A stretch of DNA of 63,773 nt, filler included, from Octopus bimaculoides (GCF_001194135.2; 3 parts of 3 records of this genome joined end to end with filler, not necessarily neighbours in it); one strand, 5' to 3'. Positions 14,285 through 28,009 are shown, numbered from the whole stretch's first letter. Numbers and translations are program-made. Notes: generated by a model from the letters alone, not told the origin.

Positions 14285-14600
14285 TTTATCTGTTACTTGT
14301 TTCAGTCAGTAGACTGGGGCCATGCTGGGGCACTGCCTTGAAGAATTCTTAGTTGAATGAATTGATTCCAGTACTTCTTCTCAAGCCCGATACTTATTTT
14401 ATTGGTTGTGTGTATATACATATGTGAGTGTGTGTCTGTATACGATGGGCTTCTTTCAGTTTCCATCCACCAAATCCACTCACTTCTATCATAGCCCAAG
14501 GCTATAATAAAAGACACTTACCCAACGTGCCATGTAGTGAGACTGAACCCGGAACTATGTGGTTGAGAAGCAAACTTCTTACCACACAGCTACTCCTGAC
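14285..14600 (-). mobile_element. tRNA-derived SINE family B, near full length
   Basis: Reverse-complemented tail TTACTTGTTTCAGTCAG...GCCATGCTGG, internal (TG)/(TA) tract, and head GGGCTTCTTTCAGTTTCC...GACTGAACCCGGAACTATGTGG...CCACACAGC. Confidence 0.85.
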
Positions 14601-16934
14601 CCTATTTTCCTACTTCTAAACTTTCTTTTCTATTCTGGATTATTGACCACATCGTTATAAATCCATGTTTCTTACTGTAGTGTGTGGGTGAGTGTGTATA
14701 TATATATTTGGGCTAAGCGCTAATTATTTACGGCTTGCATTTAGGCACTTTAGTCTGTTTACTCAAGTTACTGATATGATGAAATTGTTTCCCTCTAATG
14801 TTTCATAGTGAAGTTTCTATTTCTAGAAAAGTTCTCCGCTTTGTAAAAATTTCTTCAGAAATGTTCAAACATTCAGTATTTGTTGCACCACTAACTCTTC
14901 TTGAACCAATAAGTAGAACCTCATCGTTGTTTTTTTTGTTTTTTTTTGCTTCCACTTTTCCATGCTTGCATGGGTCGGATGGAATTTGTTGAGGTGGACT
15001 TTCTATGGCTGGACGTCCTTCCTGTCACCAACCCTCGTTTGTTTCCAAATAAGGTAAAAAAAAATCCCTTCCTTGGTTGGACATGTTTTTATGAAAGTTT
15101 GGAAACAGACACTACTTGTATGATGGTGGACACTCGTTTACAACAATCACATGTCAAAACAATGCCAAATCTCTCTCTCTCGTACACACACACACACATG
15201 ATGGGCTTCTTTCAGTTTCCATCCACCAAATCCACTCACTTTGGTTGTCCTATGGCTATAGTAGAAGCCATTTGCCCAAGGTGCCATGTAGTGGGACTGA
15301 ACCTGGAACCAAGTGGTTGAGAAGCAAACTTCTTAGTCACACAGCTGTGCCTGTATATAAGATATGGTGTCATTCATGGCTGGAATTGCTTCGATCCTAG
15401 GCCTGCTTGATCAGGGCTGACTTACGGCCAAATACCTCAATTTCCTGTCTATATTATCATCATTTAACATCCATTTTCCATTCTGGCATGGGTTGGACAG
15501 TTTGATGGGGGCTGGCAAGGCTGGAGAGCTGCTCCAGTTGTCTGTGTTGGCATGGTTTCTAATGCCAGCCATTTTACAATGTGTACTGAGTGCTTTGTAC
15601 AAGGTGCTGGCACTTAGTAACATGGCGCCAGTGCAGATGCTTCGTATCTGGTGCAGGGGCTTTTTACATATTGATAAATTGAGATATTGAAGAGTTGTGA
15701 AATGATGACTGAAAGACGGTCCATATATTTGTGGACCACTTAACAGTGTATGAAACTCGGTCATTTTAAAGCTCTATTTTACTAAAAAATAACTCTACAA
15801 GCGTAACCTGGAATGTATCTCCAGGCTGTCTGTCCTCACTGATATGGTTGTGTGTGTGGATTTCACAGAAATATTGACAGGTCATTTCCTTTGCTGGACG
15901 ACAATACTTTCACTCTGTCTGTATTTCATGGAAACACTCACAGGACATGGGAACGAGATCGGTGATTCTCAGTATTTTGTAACTTGACATCGTTTTAGTG
16001 AATACTGTTTCACGAATATCTGCAATACAGGTTTTTGCACACACAAAAAAATATATTCAGTAAAACTGAAACTAATGCTTGTCTTTCCTAAATATTTTCA
16101 TTATTCTCATTTACTATTCATTTTCCTTGCTGGACTGGTTTGGGACAGTTTGATTAGATCCAGTAAACTGTGGGGCGACATTGGGCTCCATTGTCTGTTT
16201 TGGCATGGGTTTCTGTGGTTGGATGCCCTTCCTAATGCCAACCACTTTATACTGTGTTCTGGGTGCATTTTTTTATCTCTCCTTTGAGAGCTCGTAATGT
16301 CCCCAGGGGCTTACTAGGGCTCTTGTTGAGAATCTCAGAATTGACTGAATGCGGAGTAGAACTATACATGCGTTTGTCAATGTGTGTGAACACACACTCG
16401 CACACCCTTTGTCTATACAGACTATATACATTGTACATTGTGTATGTGTGTGTGTGTATGTATGTATATATATATACACACCCATGCTGGTGCCACATAA
16501 AATGCACTCGTTCCACTTTGTAAAGTGATTGATGTTTGGACAGCATTTTACTAAAACATGTCTATATTCTGTAACTCATTGACTAGCATACTTGTTTTCC
16601 ATGAATTATTTAATGTGTGTGGGAGTGTTTTCGTATTATTTTATTAAATGCTAAAGAACATGTATATTCAGATAATTTCTTTCGATACAGTTTGCTGTAA
16701 GTAATTGACTACGAGGACAGAGCATTTATTAAGCGTGAGTTTTTGCTCTGGCTACGCCCCAGTAAATCAGACAAAACAAGCGTGCAGTTCATGTGACACA
16801 GGAGCAGAACATGTCTCTCTCGCTGAGTTATTGTGGTGGCTTTAATAAATATTTTCTTGTCATTTGAGCCTTGATTTTTGAGGGCTCCTGTGATCACAGC
16901 CATGACTGTTTTGTAATAATAAACCTCCATAGTA

Positions 16935-17162
16935 ATATCGGTTTCAAATTTCGGTGCAAGGTGGTGGGAGGAGGTAAGTCATTTGTATTGACCCCTCCCT
17001 CTCCCCCAGTAGTCAACTGGTACTTATTCTGTCGACCCCCCCTAAAAGGATGAAGGGCAAAATCTGACCACGGCAGAATTTGAACCCAGGATGTAGAGAT
17101 GGACAAAATGCTGCTAAGTATTTTGCTCGGCATACTAACGATTCTGCCTGCTTACCACCTTA
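16935..17162 (-). mobile_element. Family A SINE followed by (TAA)n
   Basis: GAATTTGAACCCAGG (B-box reverse complement) and CTAAGTATTTTG...CACCTT. Confidence 0.8.
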
Positions 17163-18184
17163 AACTACCTGTAAATAATAATAATAGTAATAATAATAAT
17201 AATCCAAATAACAATAAACAAACAAATTAGTAGAGAGGAGTTGATGGAAATTTGGCTGCTGTTTCTAGCAAGCTGAGCAACCACTTAGTGATTTGCTCCT
17301 ATTAGTTTATTTTTGTCTTTTTGTATTTTAAAATTATTGGTGTCAGTTATTGAGCTGAATAATAGTAGTAGTAGTAGTAGTAATAGTATAGCTGAATAGA
17401 CAATTTGCTTTTGAACCTCAATTAGCAAAACAAACAAAAAAACTTTTGTAATTAACTCTTAGTTTTCTGTATTATTTAAAATTTGTTTTACATTGTAATA
17501 TTGTTTATTTGTTTATTGAAAAACTTGATAAAAAGCTTTTTTTTTTTTCTTTTGCAGCTGTTTCTTAAGTTAGACACTGCAAAGAAGAAAAAAAAAGAAA
17601 TTATCAAATTCAAATCCATTTCTATTTTCTACAAACTCTTCTAGTTGTGTGTGACCTATATAAAAACTGATCGGTTTTTCTGTCCTTGCCTTTGTGTGAA
17701 ACATGTTTAAAGCAATACCCTTAGTGAACTCTGGAGGTGTTTCTGTGCATTTCAACAAAATGTTTTGTGGTATTTCTTTTCACTCTTTATGTTGCGAGTT
17801 CAAATCCTGCTGCGGTCAACTTTGCCCGTTAACCTTCTTGGGTTAATAAAAACATGTAGTGCTCAAATACTGGTGTTCATATAACCCCTTGACTAACTTT
17901 GCTGCACAAAACTGCTGGCCACACAGTTGGGTCTTTTCTTTGACATGCCAGTCCCAATACAGCTGTGTGACATGAAGTGTTTTGCTTGAGAGCACGACAT
18001 GCCACCTAGTCCAGGAATTTGAACTCCTGATCTAGCAACCGTGAGTGTAACACCCTAACCACCAGGCTATGCACCTGCACATATATTATGGACAGACAGA
18101 TGCCATCGTTCAACAGTGGGGTCATCATTCCTCTACAATATACATAGCATATATTTTTCTACAATTTATATACCATTATAATAT

Positions 18185-18410
18185 AGGTTCCAAAATTTGG
18201 CGCAGTGCCAGCAATTTTGGAGGCGGGGGTAAGTCGATTACATCGCCCCCACTGCCTGGTGCTCTATTGGTATTTATTTTATTGACCCTGAAAGAATCAA
18301 AGGCAACGTCGACTTCAGTGGAATTTGAACTCAGAATGTAAAGCTCAGTTGAAATGCCGCTGAGCATTTTGCGCTGCATGCTACCAACTCAACCAGCTCA
18401 CCACCTTAAA
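18185..18410 (-). mobile_element. Family A SINE
   Basis: GGTTCCAAAATTTGG...GGAATTTGAACTCAGAATG...CACCACCTT. Confidence 0.8.
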
Positions 18411-18824
18411 TATGCCATTACGATATAGCCACCACACACACACACACACACACATCCTGTCTTGACAATACATACATGTGATACACATTCCAACTTCACC
18501 AATGATGTCATAATATCTGTAATATCTACACAGAGATGAATTCTCCTTGTCTAGTTCAGCTGTTATTTGAGAAAGCAATGGCTGGATTTAGCCATTGCTA
18601 GTTAGCACACTGACCTCACTGTTATTATTAGTTCAATACTTGACGATGTAAAAATCAATCATTCTATTCCATTTTTATTGTTTACTAACGTTTTTTTTAA
18701 ATATTTTCTTTCACTTTGGTGATTTCTTAATTTATATTCCAATGGTTCGGTGTTTGTCGGATGAAAATCTATTTAACTCACTCACTCTCACCTCATTTGT
18801 GTGTGTGTGTGTGTGTGTGTATCC

Positions 18825-19410
18825 TCATCATTTAGCATCCGTTGTCCATGCTGGCATGGGTTGGACGGTTTGACCAGGGATGGTAAGCTGAGTGGCTGCA
18901 CCAGACTCTAGTCTGATTCAGCGTGGCTTCTACAGCTGGATGCTCTTCCTAATACCAACCACTCTGAGAGTGTAATGGGTGCTTTTACATGTCACTGGCA
19001 CGAGTGTCAGTTGAACGACACCAGTATCTGCCAGGACTGTGATTATGCTTGGTTTGATGGGTTTTCTTCTCAAGGACAGCATATTACAAAAGGTCTTGGT
19101 CATTTGTCATGGTCTCTGTGAGGCCCAGCACTATATACACACACACACACACACACACACTGGCACTCCATTGATTATGACAAGTATTCCAATTGATCCA
19201 GTCTAGAGAATGGCTTGCTCATAAAATTAGTGCGCATGTGGCTGAGCACTCCACAGACACCACATGTGGTTCTCGGAGAGATTTCAGTGTGACACAGAAT
19301 GTAACAACACTGGCTCTTTGAAATAGAAATACACCTCATTTTTGCCAGCCGAGTGGATTGGAGCAATGTGAAATAAAGTGTCTTGCTCAAGGACACAATG
19401 CGTTGCTAGG
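18825..19410 (-). mobile_element. Family E SINE abutting a family D SINE fragment
   Basis: CCATGCTGGCATGGGTTGGACGG...GGATGCTCTTCCTAA, then GGAGCAATGTGAAATAAAGTGTCTTGCTCAAGGACAC. Confidence 0.75.
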
Positions 19411-20659
19411 AATCAAACTCTTGTTTATTCATTGTCCAATTATTACATACGATATATAAATATATGAATAGAGTAGATTGTGTCAACTTTGATATATTAT
19501 AAATGTATGTCTATCTCCACTCCCAAGGGGAAGAAAAGTTTGTGTAAACAAATCTTTCCATACAAGTTGACTCAATGAAAAGCAACTGGCTTATGTTGCA
19601 TATCCCTATTTATTTCAGCTATTGTCAATTTAATCCTTCACTGTTGCCATTCCCAACACGCCCTACACATGGTGTTAGGATACGTTGAAATGTTCATATG
19701 TGGATTGGCAGCGGTTTTTCTGCTGTTAAGGTTTCATAGCAACAAGGCTGCATGTGGGGAATTTGGAAGAAAAGGATACCGTCTTTCTGGTGGAGAGTTT
19801 GGTAGGTTTCGAAACTAAAGGGTTAAATAATTGTTTGTTCAGCCCTCATGTCAAAACTATTGATTGGTTATTTATTCAGATTGTGGACTTCTCCAAGTCA
19901 TATCTTCATATTCTCGATGTCAAATTCTCAATGGTGTGTTTTGTTCATCCACCCTTCAACTGCAGTATAGCATCCTGGTGCAGTCTTCTACCTGGCCAGC
20001 TCCTGTCAAATTATCCAACCATGCCAGCATGGAAGACAGACATTAAATGATGATGCAAGCATGTCAAAAGAGCCCGTTTATGCAAGATGGTATCATTTGC
20101 TTAGAATTCTCTATAAAGACATGTCTGGGTTATTTGTTGCTTGGAAACAGGTGAAGGTAGGTGATAGGAAGAGCGTCCAGCCGTAAAAAAAACAAAACCA
20201 GCCTACCTCCCCAAAGGTTCATCTGACCCATCCAAGCATTGAGACGATATCAGTTATGTAAGAGTTGTGGTGGTGCTGATGCTATCAAAGCAAACTGAAT
20301 GAGTTCCATTGTCTTAGTAGTAATATAGATTATTGATTAGTTGTAGGAATGAAACTGTGAATGAATGAATGAAGAGAGGGGCGGAGAGGAGGAGGAGGAG
20401 GCAGCCCAAAGAATAATCTAGATGCTGTGAAATATCTCTGTCTTCTATCAGTCTCATGAACATAATAATGGCTGTTTGCAGCTGGGGAAGTCGAGGCTGG
20501 ACTACTTTGTGTAATGGTCTCTTAGATTTAGACATTGGTTGGTGAAACGACGAGGCAAGAAAACATTATTTGACGTTAGGTGTGGTGTGCACTGCCTGTT
20601 TATGTGTGTATGTGTGTGTATATACATAGATATATATATACACACACGTATCACATATC

Positions 20660-20722
<63 letters not shown>

Positions 20723-20762
20723 NNNNNNNNNNNNNNNNNNNNTATATATATATATATATATG

Positions 20763-20852
<90 letters not shown>

Positions 20853-20989
20853 CACACACACACACAAACTTATGAGTGTGTGTTACACTATCTTTGTCTG
20901 TTGCTATGGATGGGCAAATTTTAGCATTTCTATGTTGAATGAGTCAATCATTTTATATTTGTTTCATTTTTCTCTCACACACACACACA

Positions 20990-21445
20990 TATATGATGGG
21001 CTTCTTTCAGTTTCCATCAACCAAATCCACTCACAAGGCTTTGGTCAGCCCGAGGCTATAGTAGAAGACACTTGCCCATGGTGCCACGCAGTGGGACTGA
21101 ACCTGGAACCATGTATTTGATAAGCAAGCTACATACCACACAGCCACTCCTGCGTCTATATGTATAGATATATACACATACATCCCACGTGTGTTTGTGT
21201 CTCCTCATGTTGACATCATGTGATAGTTGTAAACGAGTGTCACTGTCATACAAGCAGCGTCACTCATTTCCATTAATTCTGTGAGAACATGTCTTGACCG
21301 AGTGGGGTGGGGAGTAATATTACCAGTACCGGAAACGGGTGAGGGTTAGCAACAGGAAGAGCGTCCGACTAGAAAAATCTGCCTCAATAAGCTCAGTGCA
21401 ACCCATGCAAGCATGGAAAAGTGGATGTCAGAATAACGATGATGA
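20990..21445. mobile_element. Family B head (minus strand) fused to an RTE-tailed SINE tail (plus strand)
   Basis: GGGCTTCTTTCAGTTTCC...CCACACAGCCACTCCTGCG, then ...GGAAGAGCGTCCG...CCCATGCAAGCATGGAAAAGTGGATGTC-(GAT)n. Confidence 0.75.
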
Positions 21446-23079
21446 TTTACAAATGACGGCTTTCCTTGAGTGTTTTCTATATTGTTAGAAGACTGAAATC
21501 TGTTGAATCCACTTGGCAGTGGTTTTTGCATCCAAACCTGGAACATTATTCGCATACAAACATCCGTTACATCAGATATTTAATTTTTCATTGTTTTGGT
21601 TTTGTTTTTTGCTTGTTTTTTCTTTCTTTCTTTAGCAGTTCTATAGAAGTGTGTCTTCCATTTATCTTAGTATTGATTTCATCCTCAGACATACTGCATC
21701 AATCCTGATGTATTGCTAGTATTTATTGACCATAAGACATGAACTAAGTACAGAGAGAGAGAGAGAGAAGGAGAGCAAAGCAATATGTTTGCATGTAGTT
21801 AGGCTAATTGTGGTACTGTTTCTACTAACTGACCAACTGGCAATCTTGTGTACAGAAGGAAAAAAAAAAGTCATATTATGACAACAGCGCTAGACCGGGT
21901 TTTCCCACATTGTAAAAACAAGGGATGCCTTGACAAAGACTAAAGGCTGTCTCATTCCCAGTGGGCTTCCTGCACCCTTGGACACCAACTTGAATATTTC
22001 TACATGCCTGCATACATAGATGGCAGGCTTCCTCACAGTTTCTCTTTACAAAATCCACTCGCAAGTCATTGGTGAATCTGATATTATAGTAGAAGACACT
22101 TGCGCAAGGTGCTGTGCAGTGGAACTGAACCCAAAACCACATGATTGCAAATCAAGCTTCTTAACCACATAGCCACACCTGCACATGTACAAATGTAACA
22201 AATCTTGTGATTCCAAATTAAAGAGAAGCTTTAAAAACCATATTCCAATAAGTCCTGGGGTTGTTTGTAACTGTCCATGAAATATATTAGCTCTCGTTTC
22301 TCACCAGAATACATTCGGTTAAGTATTTATTTAAATTGATTCCTCGGTGAATACTTACAAGCTGTAACGTCAAACAGCGATGTCGTTAAATATTTAATAC
22401 GAAACGTTCTGTCTGTTTACTCATTTCACAGGATGTTGAACGGCCGAGTTGATGTCTGTATTTAAGCGAGCCATTTACAAATGATCGCAAATACTTTCTG
22501 ACTCGGTGCCGTTCAGTGCCTTTCTATTTTCGCTAACAAATTTATTGGAACAGGAAATAAATCTTTCATTGCTGCTATCGGCTGCTAATGTTTATGATGT
22601 CTCTTTTCATTTTAGCAAAAAAAAAAAAAAAAAANNNNNNNNNNNNNNNNNNNNNNNNNNNNNNNNNNNNNNNNNNNNNNNNNNNNNNNNNNNNNNNNNN
22701 NNNNNNNNNNNNNNNNNNNNNNNNNNNNNNNNNNNNNNNNNNNNNNNNNNNNNNNNNNNNNNNNNNNNNNNNNNNNNNNNNNNNNNNNNNNNNNNNNNNN
22801 NNNNNNNNNNNNNNNNNNNNNNNNNNNNNNNNNNNNAAAAAAAAAAAAAAACAGAAACGTATGGGTTAATTTTAGATTGTGTCTTAACAACCATTAGCTG
22901 GTCGTCATTAATGTTCTGCAGAAAATCCTCATTGTTGAATGCCATTAAGTAACTCGTTCACAAGCCAGTCGAGAAAACTGGATACTTTCATATAAGTACT
23001 TAGTAATGGCTGCCAATGGCTTGTAATTCGATTCACTTGCCATACAAACTGCTTGGATTTGTAAATTATTATTTTTCTC

Positions 23080-23425
23080 TATCTTTTACTGGTTTCGGTT
23101 ATTAAACTGCGGCCATGCTGGGGTTCCACTTTGAAGAATTTTTAGTTGAACAAATGACCCCAGTGTTTTTTTTTGTTTGTTTTTTAAACCTGGTTTTGGT
23201 TCTGACAATCTCCTTTGCCAAACCACTAAGTTATGGGGATGTAAACACACCAACACTGGTTCTCAAAAACACACACATACGATGGGATTTTTTCAGTTTC
23301 TGTCTACCAAATCCACTCAAAAGGCTTTTGTTGGTTCAAGGCATTTGGTCAAGGCTCCATTTAGTGGGCTTGAACCTGGATCCATCTGGTTAGGAAGCAA
23401 ACTTCTTTCCACACAGCCATGCCTG
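23080..23425 (-). mobile_element. Family B SINE
   Basis: Tail GCGGCCATGCTGG through head CCACACAGCCATGCCTG. Confidence 0.8.
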
Positions 23426-23948
23426 TCAAATATTCATTCTTTTTCCGGGATTCTTCACTTGAAGCACAATTCCTTGGATTCATTGGAATTTTGGTGACCT
23501 GTTGGTGCCGCATGGCTGTGTGGTGAAGAATTTCAGTGTAGAAACTGTGTGGACACAGTTGGCTAACATACTCTCTTAGAAACAGCTGTGAGATTAAAAC
23601 TGAAGAAATATAGTGTGTGTGTGTGTGTGTGTGTGCATATATGTGGGTGTGTGTCTGTAGGTATTTGGGGGTGGTGGATGTACGTGCATGTGTATATGTG
23701 TGTGGGGGTGTGAATGACTTTGTGCTTTTCATTTTCTTCACATAATCACTGACTGTAAACGAAACAACAGCCTTTGCTAACAATCCAGATGGTGTCATAT
23801 GCTTGTCAGCATGTCTTGCTGGACTGTTACTGGCTCAGTACACTAGAGGACTCAGCTTGCTTGGAGACCAGTGTTGGCAACAGGTAGGGCATTCAGCTAT
23901 AGAANNNNNNNNNNNNNNNNNNNNNNNNNNNNNNNNNNNNNNNNNNNN

Positions 23949-23960
23949 TTAATTAATTAA
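23949..23960. other. Assembly spacer TTAATTAATTAA inside an N gap (also 55593-55604)
   Basis: Identical 12-mer centred in N runs at two places. Confidence 0.85.
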
Positions 23961-24004
23961 NNNNNNNNNNNNNNNNNNNNNNNNNNNNNNNNNNNNNNNN
24001 NNNN

Positions 24005-24067
<63 letters not shown>

Positions 24068-24494
24068 CCACACACATACACACACAAATATATATAAATG
24101 TATACAAGGAATTCTTACATGACCTATATAAAAATATGTGTTTATATAATTAGGGTTATATAAAACATACATAGGTGCTGGCATTCATGTGCAGTTAAGA
24201 ATTCAGTCTTCAGTTTGTGTGGTTCCGTGTTGAGTTCACCTCTTTGGCCCCTTGTGCCATTGTTCTCTGTTCACTCAGTATGGCCCATATCTTGGGAGTA
24301 GAGTTTTGTTAGGTGGAAATTGGAAAATCTTAGCATCGCACACACACACACACACACGTGCACACACACACACACGTGTGCACACACACACACGTGCACA
24401 CACACACACACGTGTGCACACACACACACATGCACACACACACGTGCACACACACACACACACACACAAACACACACATATATATACACATATA

Positions 24495-24868
24495 TTCTTT
24501 GTGATTGACATATCAGTCCCAATAGATGTCAAGGTATCTCTAAAAGAAACGGAAAACTCTTGAAATACAAAGATCTGGGAATAGAGATAACCAGAATCTG
24601 GGGCTTGGAGTCAAGACATAATCTCTATCACGACAGGGTGGATTTGGCATGGTTAAATGACATATCGACAAATACATAAAACACCAGGACTTAAGAATGT
24701 ATATAACACACAGAAAATAGCACTGCTTGGCACCATATACATCCTATGTAAAGCACTTTCAATACAATGAAAATAGCAGCACTAAAATAAATCACAGCAC
24801 ATACCCAAGGCACACAGAGTCGCACTTATTAATGCTTTGAAATCATGTAATAAAAATAAGACTACTGA
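24495..24868 (+). mobile_element. R4/Dong-clade non-LTR retrotransposon 3' fragment
   Basis: Decayed [17 protein letters not shown]...KYKDL...IALLGT..ILCKALSIQ*. The 3' UTR (CAGCACATACCCAAGGCACACAGAG...TAAGACTACTGA) is shared with the copy at 54196-55351. Confidence 0.85.
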
Positions 24869-25753
24869 GTAATATTTTGTTGTGTCTTGAGAGAGTCATT
24901 ATGCCGAATAATAATACTAACACATGCACAGGTTCAATTCCACTTCTTTATTATTAGTCAAATGGTTAAGTATCTAACCGACAAACTAATCGATCTTTGT
25001 TTAATGTATTGGTTAAACAGTCAATCGGTTTGTTTGTTCATCAAAGTTCTTTCTGTTTCTGTTTTGCAACATTTTCAGTGATGTGTGATCTCCCAACACT
25101 TTGAAGACTGCTTTTGTGTGTCTGAGACCCTGTCTTGTGTGTGTGCATGCGTGTGTGTGCGTGCGTGTGTGTGTGTGAGTGTGTGTGTACAGATGCTTAT
25201 GCGTGTGTGTATGGATACTTATGTGTGTGCGTATGAATGCTTATGTGCATGTGTATGGATGCTTATGTGTGTGTGTGTACTTTAGAAGAATAGTTTCTGT
25301 CTGAGACCTTGGCCTCTGTGTGTGTGTGTAGATGCTTGTATGTATGTATCTGTTGATGTGTGTAGTTTAGGTGAGGGGTTAAGGGTGAGAATAAGTGAAA
25401 AGTGTGTGTGTGTGTGTGTGTGTGTGTGTATTTGGGGGTTGTGTATGTCTGCCCATGTGACTACTTCTATGTGTGTTGGTGTGTGTGCACAGGCCACGCC
25501 TGACCTCTTTCAGGGTTCACACTTTTGTCTTTATTGTTTTATTCTTGTCTTGTATCTTCTGTAGATTTATAAGTTTATGGATGTGGGGTGTGTTTAGGGT
25601 GTATAGTGTGGGTGTGGTGCTTTCCTTTGGGGAGGGGTAAAAGAGAATAGGGTATGTGTGTATGTTCCTACATCTATGTGTGTGCGTGTTCTTTACTGTA
25701 GCAGAATGGGGTGGTGAGAATAGGGTAAGTATATGATTTCTGTCATTGATCAC

Positions 25754-25796
<43 letters not shown>

Positions 25797-25993
25797 TCTA
25801 CTAAAAGCACAAGGTCTGAAATTTTATGAGAGTGTGATAGTTGATCACAGTGACCCAGTATTTACTTCATTGTTCCCCCATAAGGATGATGGGTATTGTT
25901 GGCCTCAGTGGGATTTGAACTCACAATATAAAGATGGATGAAATGCTACTAAGCTTTTTGTCTGGCATGGTAACAACCCTGCCAGCGATGATG

Positions 25994-26056
<63 letters not shown>

Positions 26057-26232
26057 TTAATAATAATAATGATAATAATAATAATGATGAACTCTCCCAT
26101 TTTAAATGATGTGTGAGTATTCAGTTTTTGCTGAATGACCTACACAAATGAATTGTTTATAGGGAGCAAATATTTGTGCTGCACATTAGCTTACTCTCTC
26201 CATCAAATTGAAGTTGTCTGGACAGCTGCACA

Positions 26233-26490
26233 GTGTACCATGCCTCGAGTGTACCATGCCTCGGGTGTACCATGCATCAAGTGTACCATGCATCAGGTGT
26301 ACCATGCATTAGGTGTACCATGCATTAGGTGTACCATGCCTCAGGTGTACCATGCACCAGGTGTACCATGCATCAGGTGTACCATGCCTCAGGTGTACCA
26401 TGCATCAGGTGTACCATGCATTAGGTGTACCATGCATCAGGTGTACCATGCATCAGGTGTACCATGCACAATGTACCATGCATCAGGTGT
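26233..26490. repeat. 16-bp minisatellite GTGTACCATGCATCAG, about 16 copies
   Basis: Units counted directly; variation is confined to the last 5 positions. Explains ORFs 26135-26587 and 26313-26498. Confidence 0.95.
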
Positions 26491-26629
26491 TGAAGTGATT
26501 GCAGAGCAATGTGAGATGAAGTGTTTCGCTCAAGAATGCAACACATCATCCTGTTTAGAAATTGAAATCATGATCTTGGGATTGTGAGTGCAGTACCCTA
26601 ACCACTAGGCCATGCGCCCTCACAATAGT

Positions 26630-27010
26630 AATCATCATCATCATTATCATCATCACTGGGCATCCTCCTTCCATGCTGGCATGGGTTGGATGGTTTGACA
26701 GGAGCAGGCCAGGCAGAAGCCTGCACCTTACTTCTGTGACTGTTTTGGCACAGTTTTTATGGCTGGATGTCCTTCCTAATACCGACCTCTCTACAGTGTG
26801 GACTGGATGCTTTTTACGTGGCACCAACACTGGCAGGATCACTAAGTAACTTTGCAAAACAAGGAATCTTTGAGAGAGGAGGAGGCATTGGAGGAGATGA
26901 TCTTGTGTCAGATAATGAAATGTTAGCATGTGACAGAGAGACAGAAACAGGTGTCTTGCTGTAGAGGAGGTACGTGATTACCCAGCCAGAAAGAAGAGAG
27001 AGAGAGGGAG
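26630..27010 (-). mobile_element. Family E SINE
   Basis: (CAT)n...CCATGCTGGCATGGGTTGGATGG...GGATGTCCTTCCTAA. Confidence 0.8.
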
Positions 27011-27066
<56 letters not shown>

Positions 27067-27162
27067 GAAATGGAAAAACTTTCAAAATACGAAATGGAAA
27101 AACTTTCAAAATACGAAATGGAAAAACTTTCAAAATACGAAATGGAAAAACTTTCAAAATAC
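27067..27162 (+). repeat. 24-bp tandem repeat GAAATGGAAAAACTTTCAAAATAC x4, running into an N gap
   Basis: Four identical units; 22/24 identical to the Dong endonuclease segment at 55029-55052. Confidence 0.9.
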
Positions 27163-27969
27163 NNNNNNNNNNNNNNNNNNNNNNNNNNNNNNNNNNNNNN
27201 NNNNNNNNNNNNNNNNNNNNNNNNNNNNNNNNNNNNNNNNNNNNNNNNNNNNNNNNNNNNNNNNNNNNNNNNNNNNNNNNNNNNNNNNNNNNNNNNNNNN
27301 NNNNNNNNNNNNNNNNNNNNNNNNNNNNNNNNNNNNNNNNNNNNNNNNNNNNNNNNNNNNNNNNNNNNNNNNNNNNNNNNNNNNNNNNNNNNNNNNNNNN
27401 NNNNNNNNNNNNNNNNNNNNNNNNNNNNNNNNNNNNNNNNNNNNNNNNNNNNNNNNNNNNNNNNNNNNNNNNNNNNNNNNNNNNNNNNNNNNNNNNNNNN
27501 NNNNNNNNNNNNNNNNNNNNNNNNNNNNNNNNNNNNNNNNNNNNNNNNNNNNNNNNNNNNNNNNNNNNNNNNNNNNNNNNNNNNNNNNNNNNNNNNNNNN
27601 NNNNNNNNNNNNNNNNNNNNNNNNNNNNNNNNNNNNNNNNNNNNNNNNNNNNNNNNNNNNNNNNNNNNNNNNNNNNNNNNNNNNNNNNNNNNNNNNNNNN
27701 NNNNNNNNNNNNNNNNNNNNNNNNNNNNNNNNNNNNNNNNNNNNNNNNNNNNNNNNNNNNNNNNNNNNNNNNNNNNNNNNNNNNNNNNNNNNNNNNNNNN
27801 NNNNNNNNNNNNNNNNNNNNNNNNNNNNNNNNNNNNNNNNNNNNNNNNNNNNNNNNNNNNNNNNNNNNNNNNNNNNNNNNNNNNNNNNNNNNNNNNNNNN
27901 NNNNNNNNNNNNNNNNNNNNNNNNNNNNNNNNNNNNNNNNNNNNNNNNNNNNNNNNNNNNNNNNNNNNN

Positions 27970-28009
<40 letters not shown>

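Noticed and set aside
15940-16017. Minus-strand exon-like segment DIRETVFTKTMSSYKILRITDLVPMS
   Set aside because: Has AG/GT and an open frame but no recognisable homology or partner exons.
18574-18599. 10-bp hairpin AGCAATGGCT-GGATTT-AGCCATTGCT
   Set aside because: About one such stem is expected by chance in a window of this size.
23949-23960. TTAATTAATTAA islands within N runs (also 55593-55604)
   Set aside because: Identical gap-centred pad with stops in all frames; an assembly spacer, not biology.
26233-27162. Short direct-repeat arrays as possible CRISPR arrays
   Set aside because: The units are contiguous with no unique spacers, and the context is eukaryotic.
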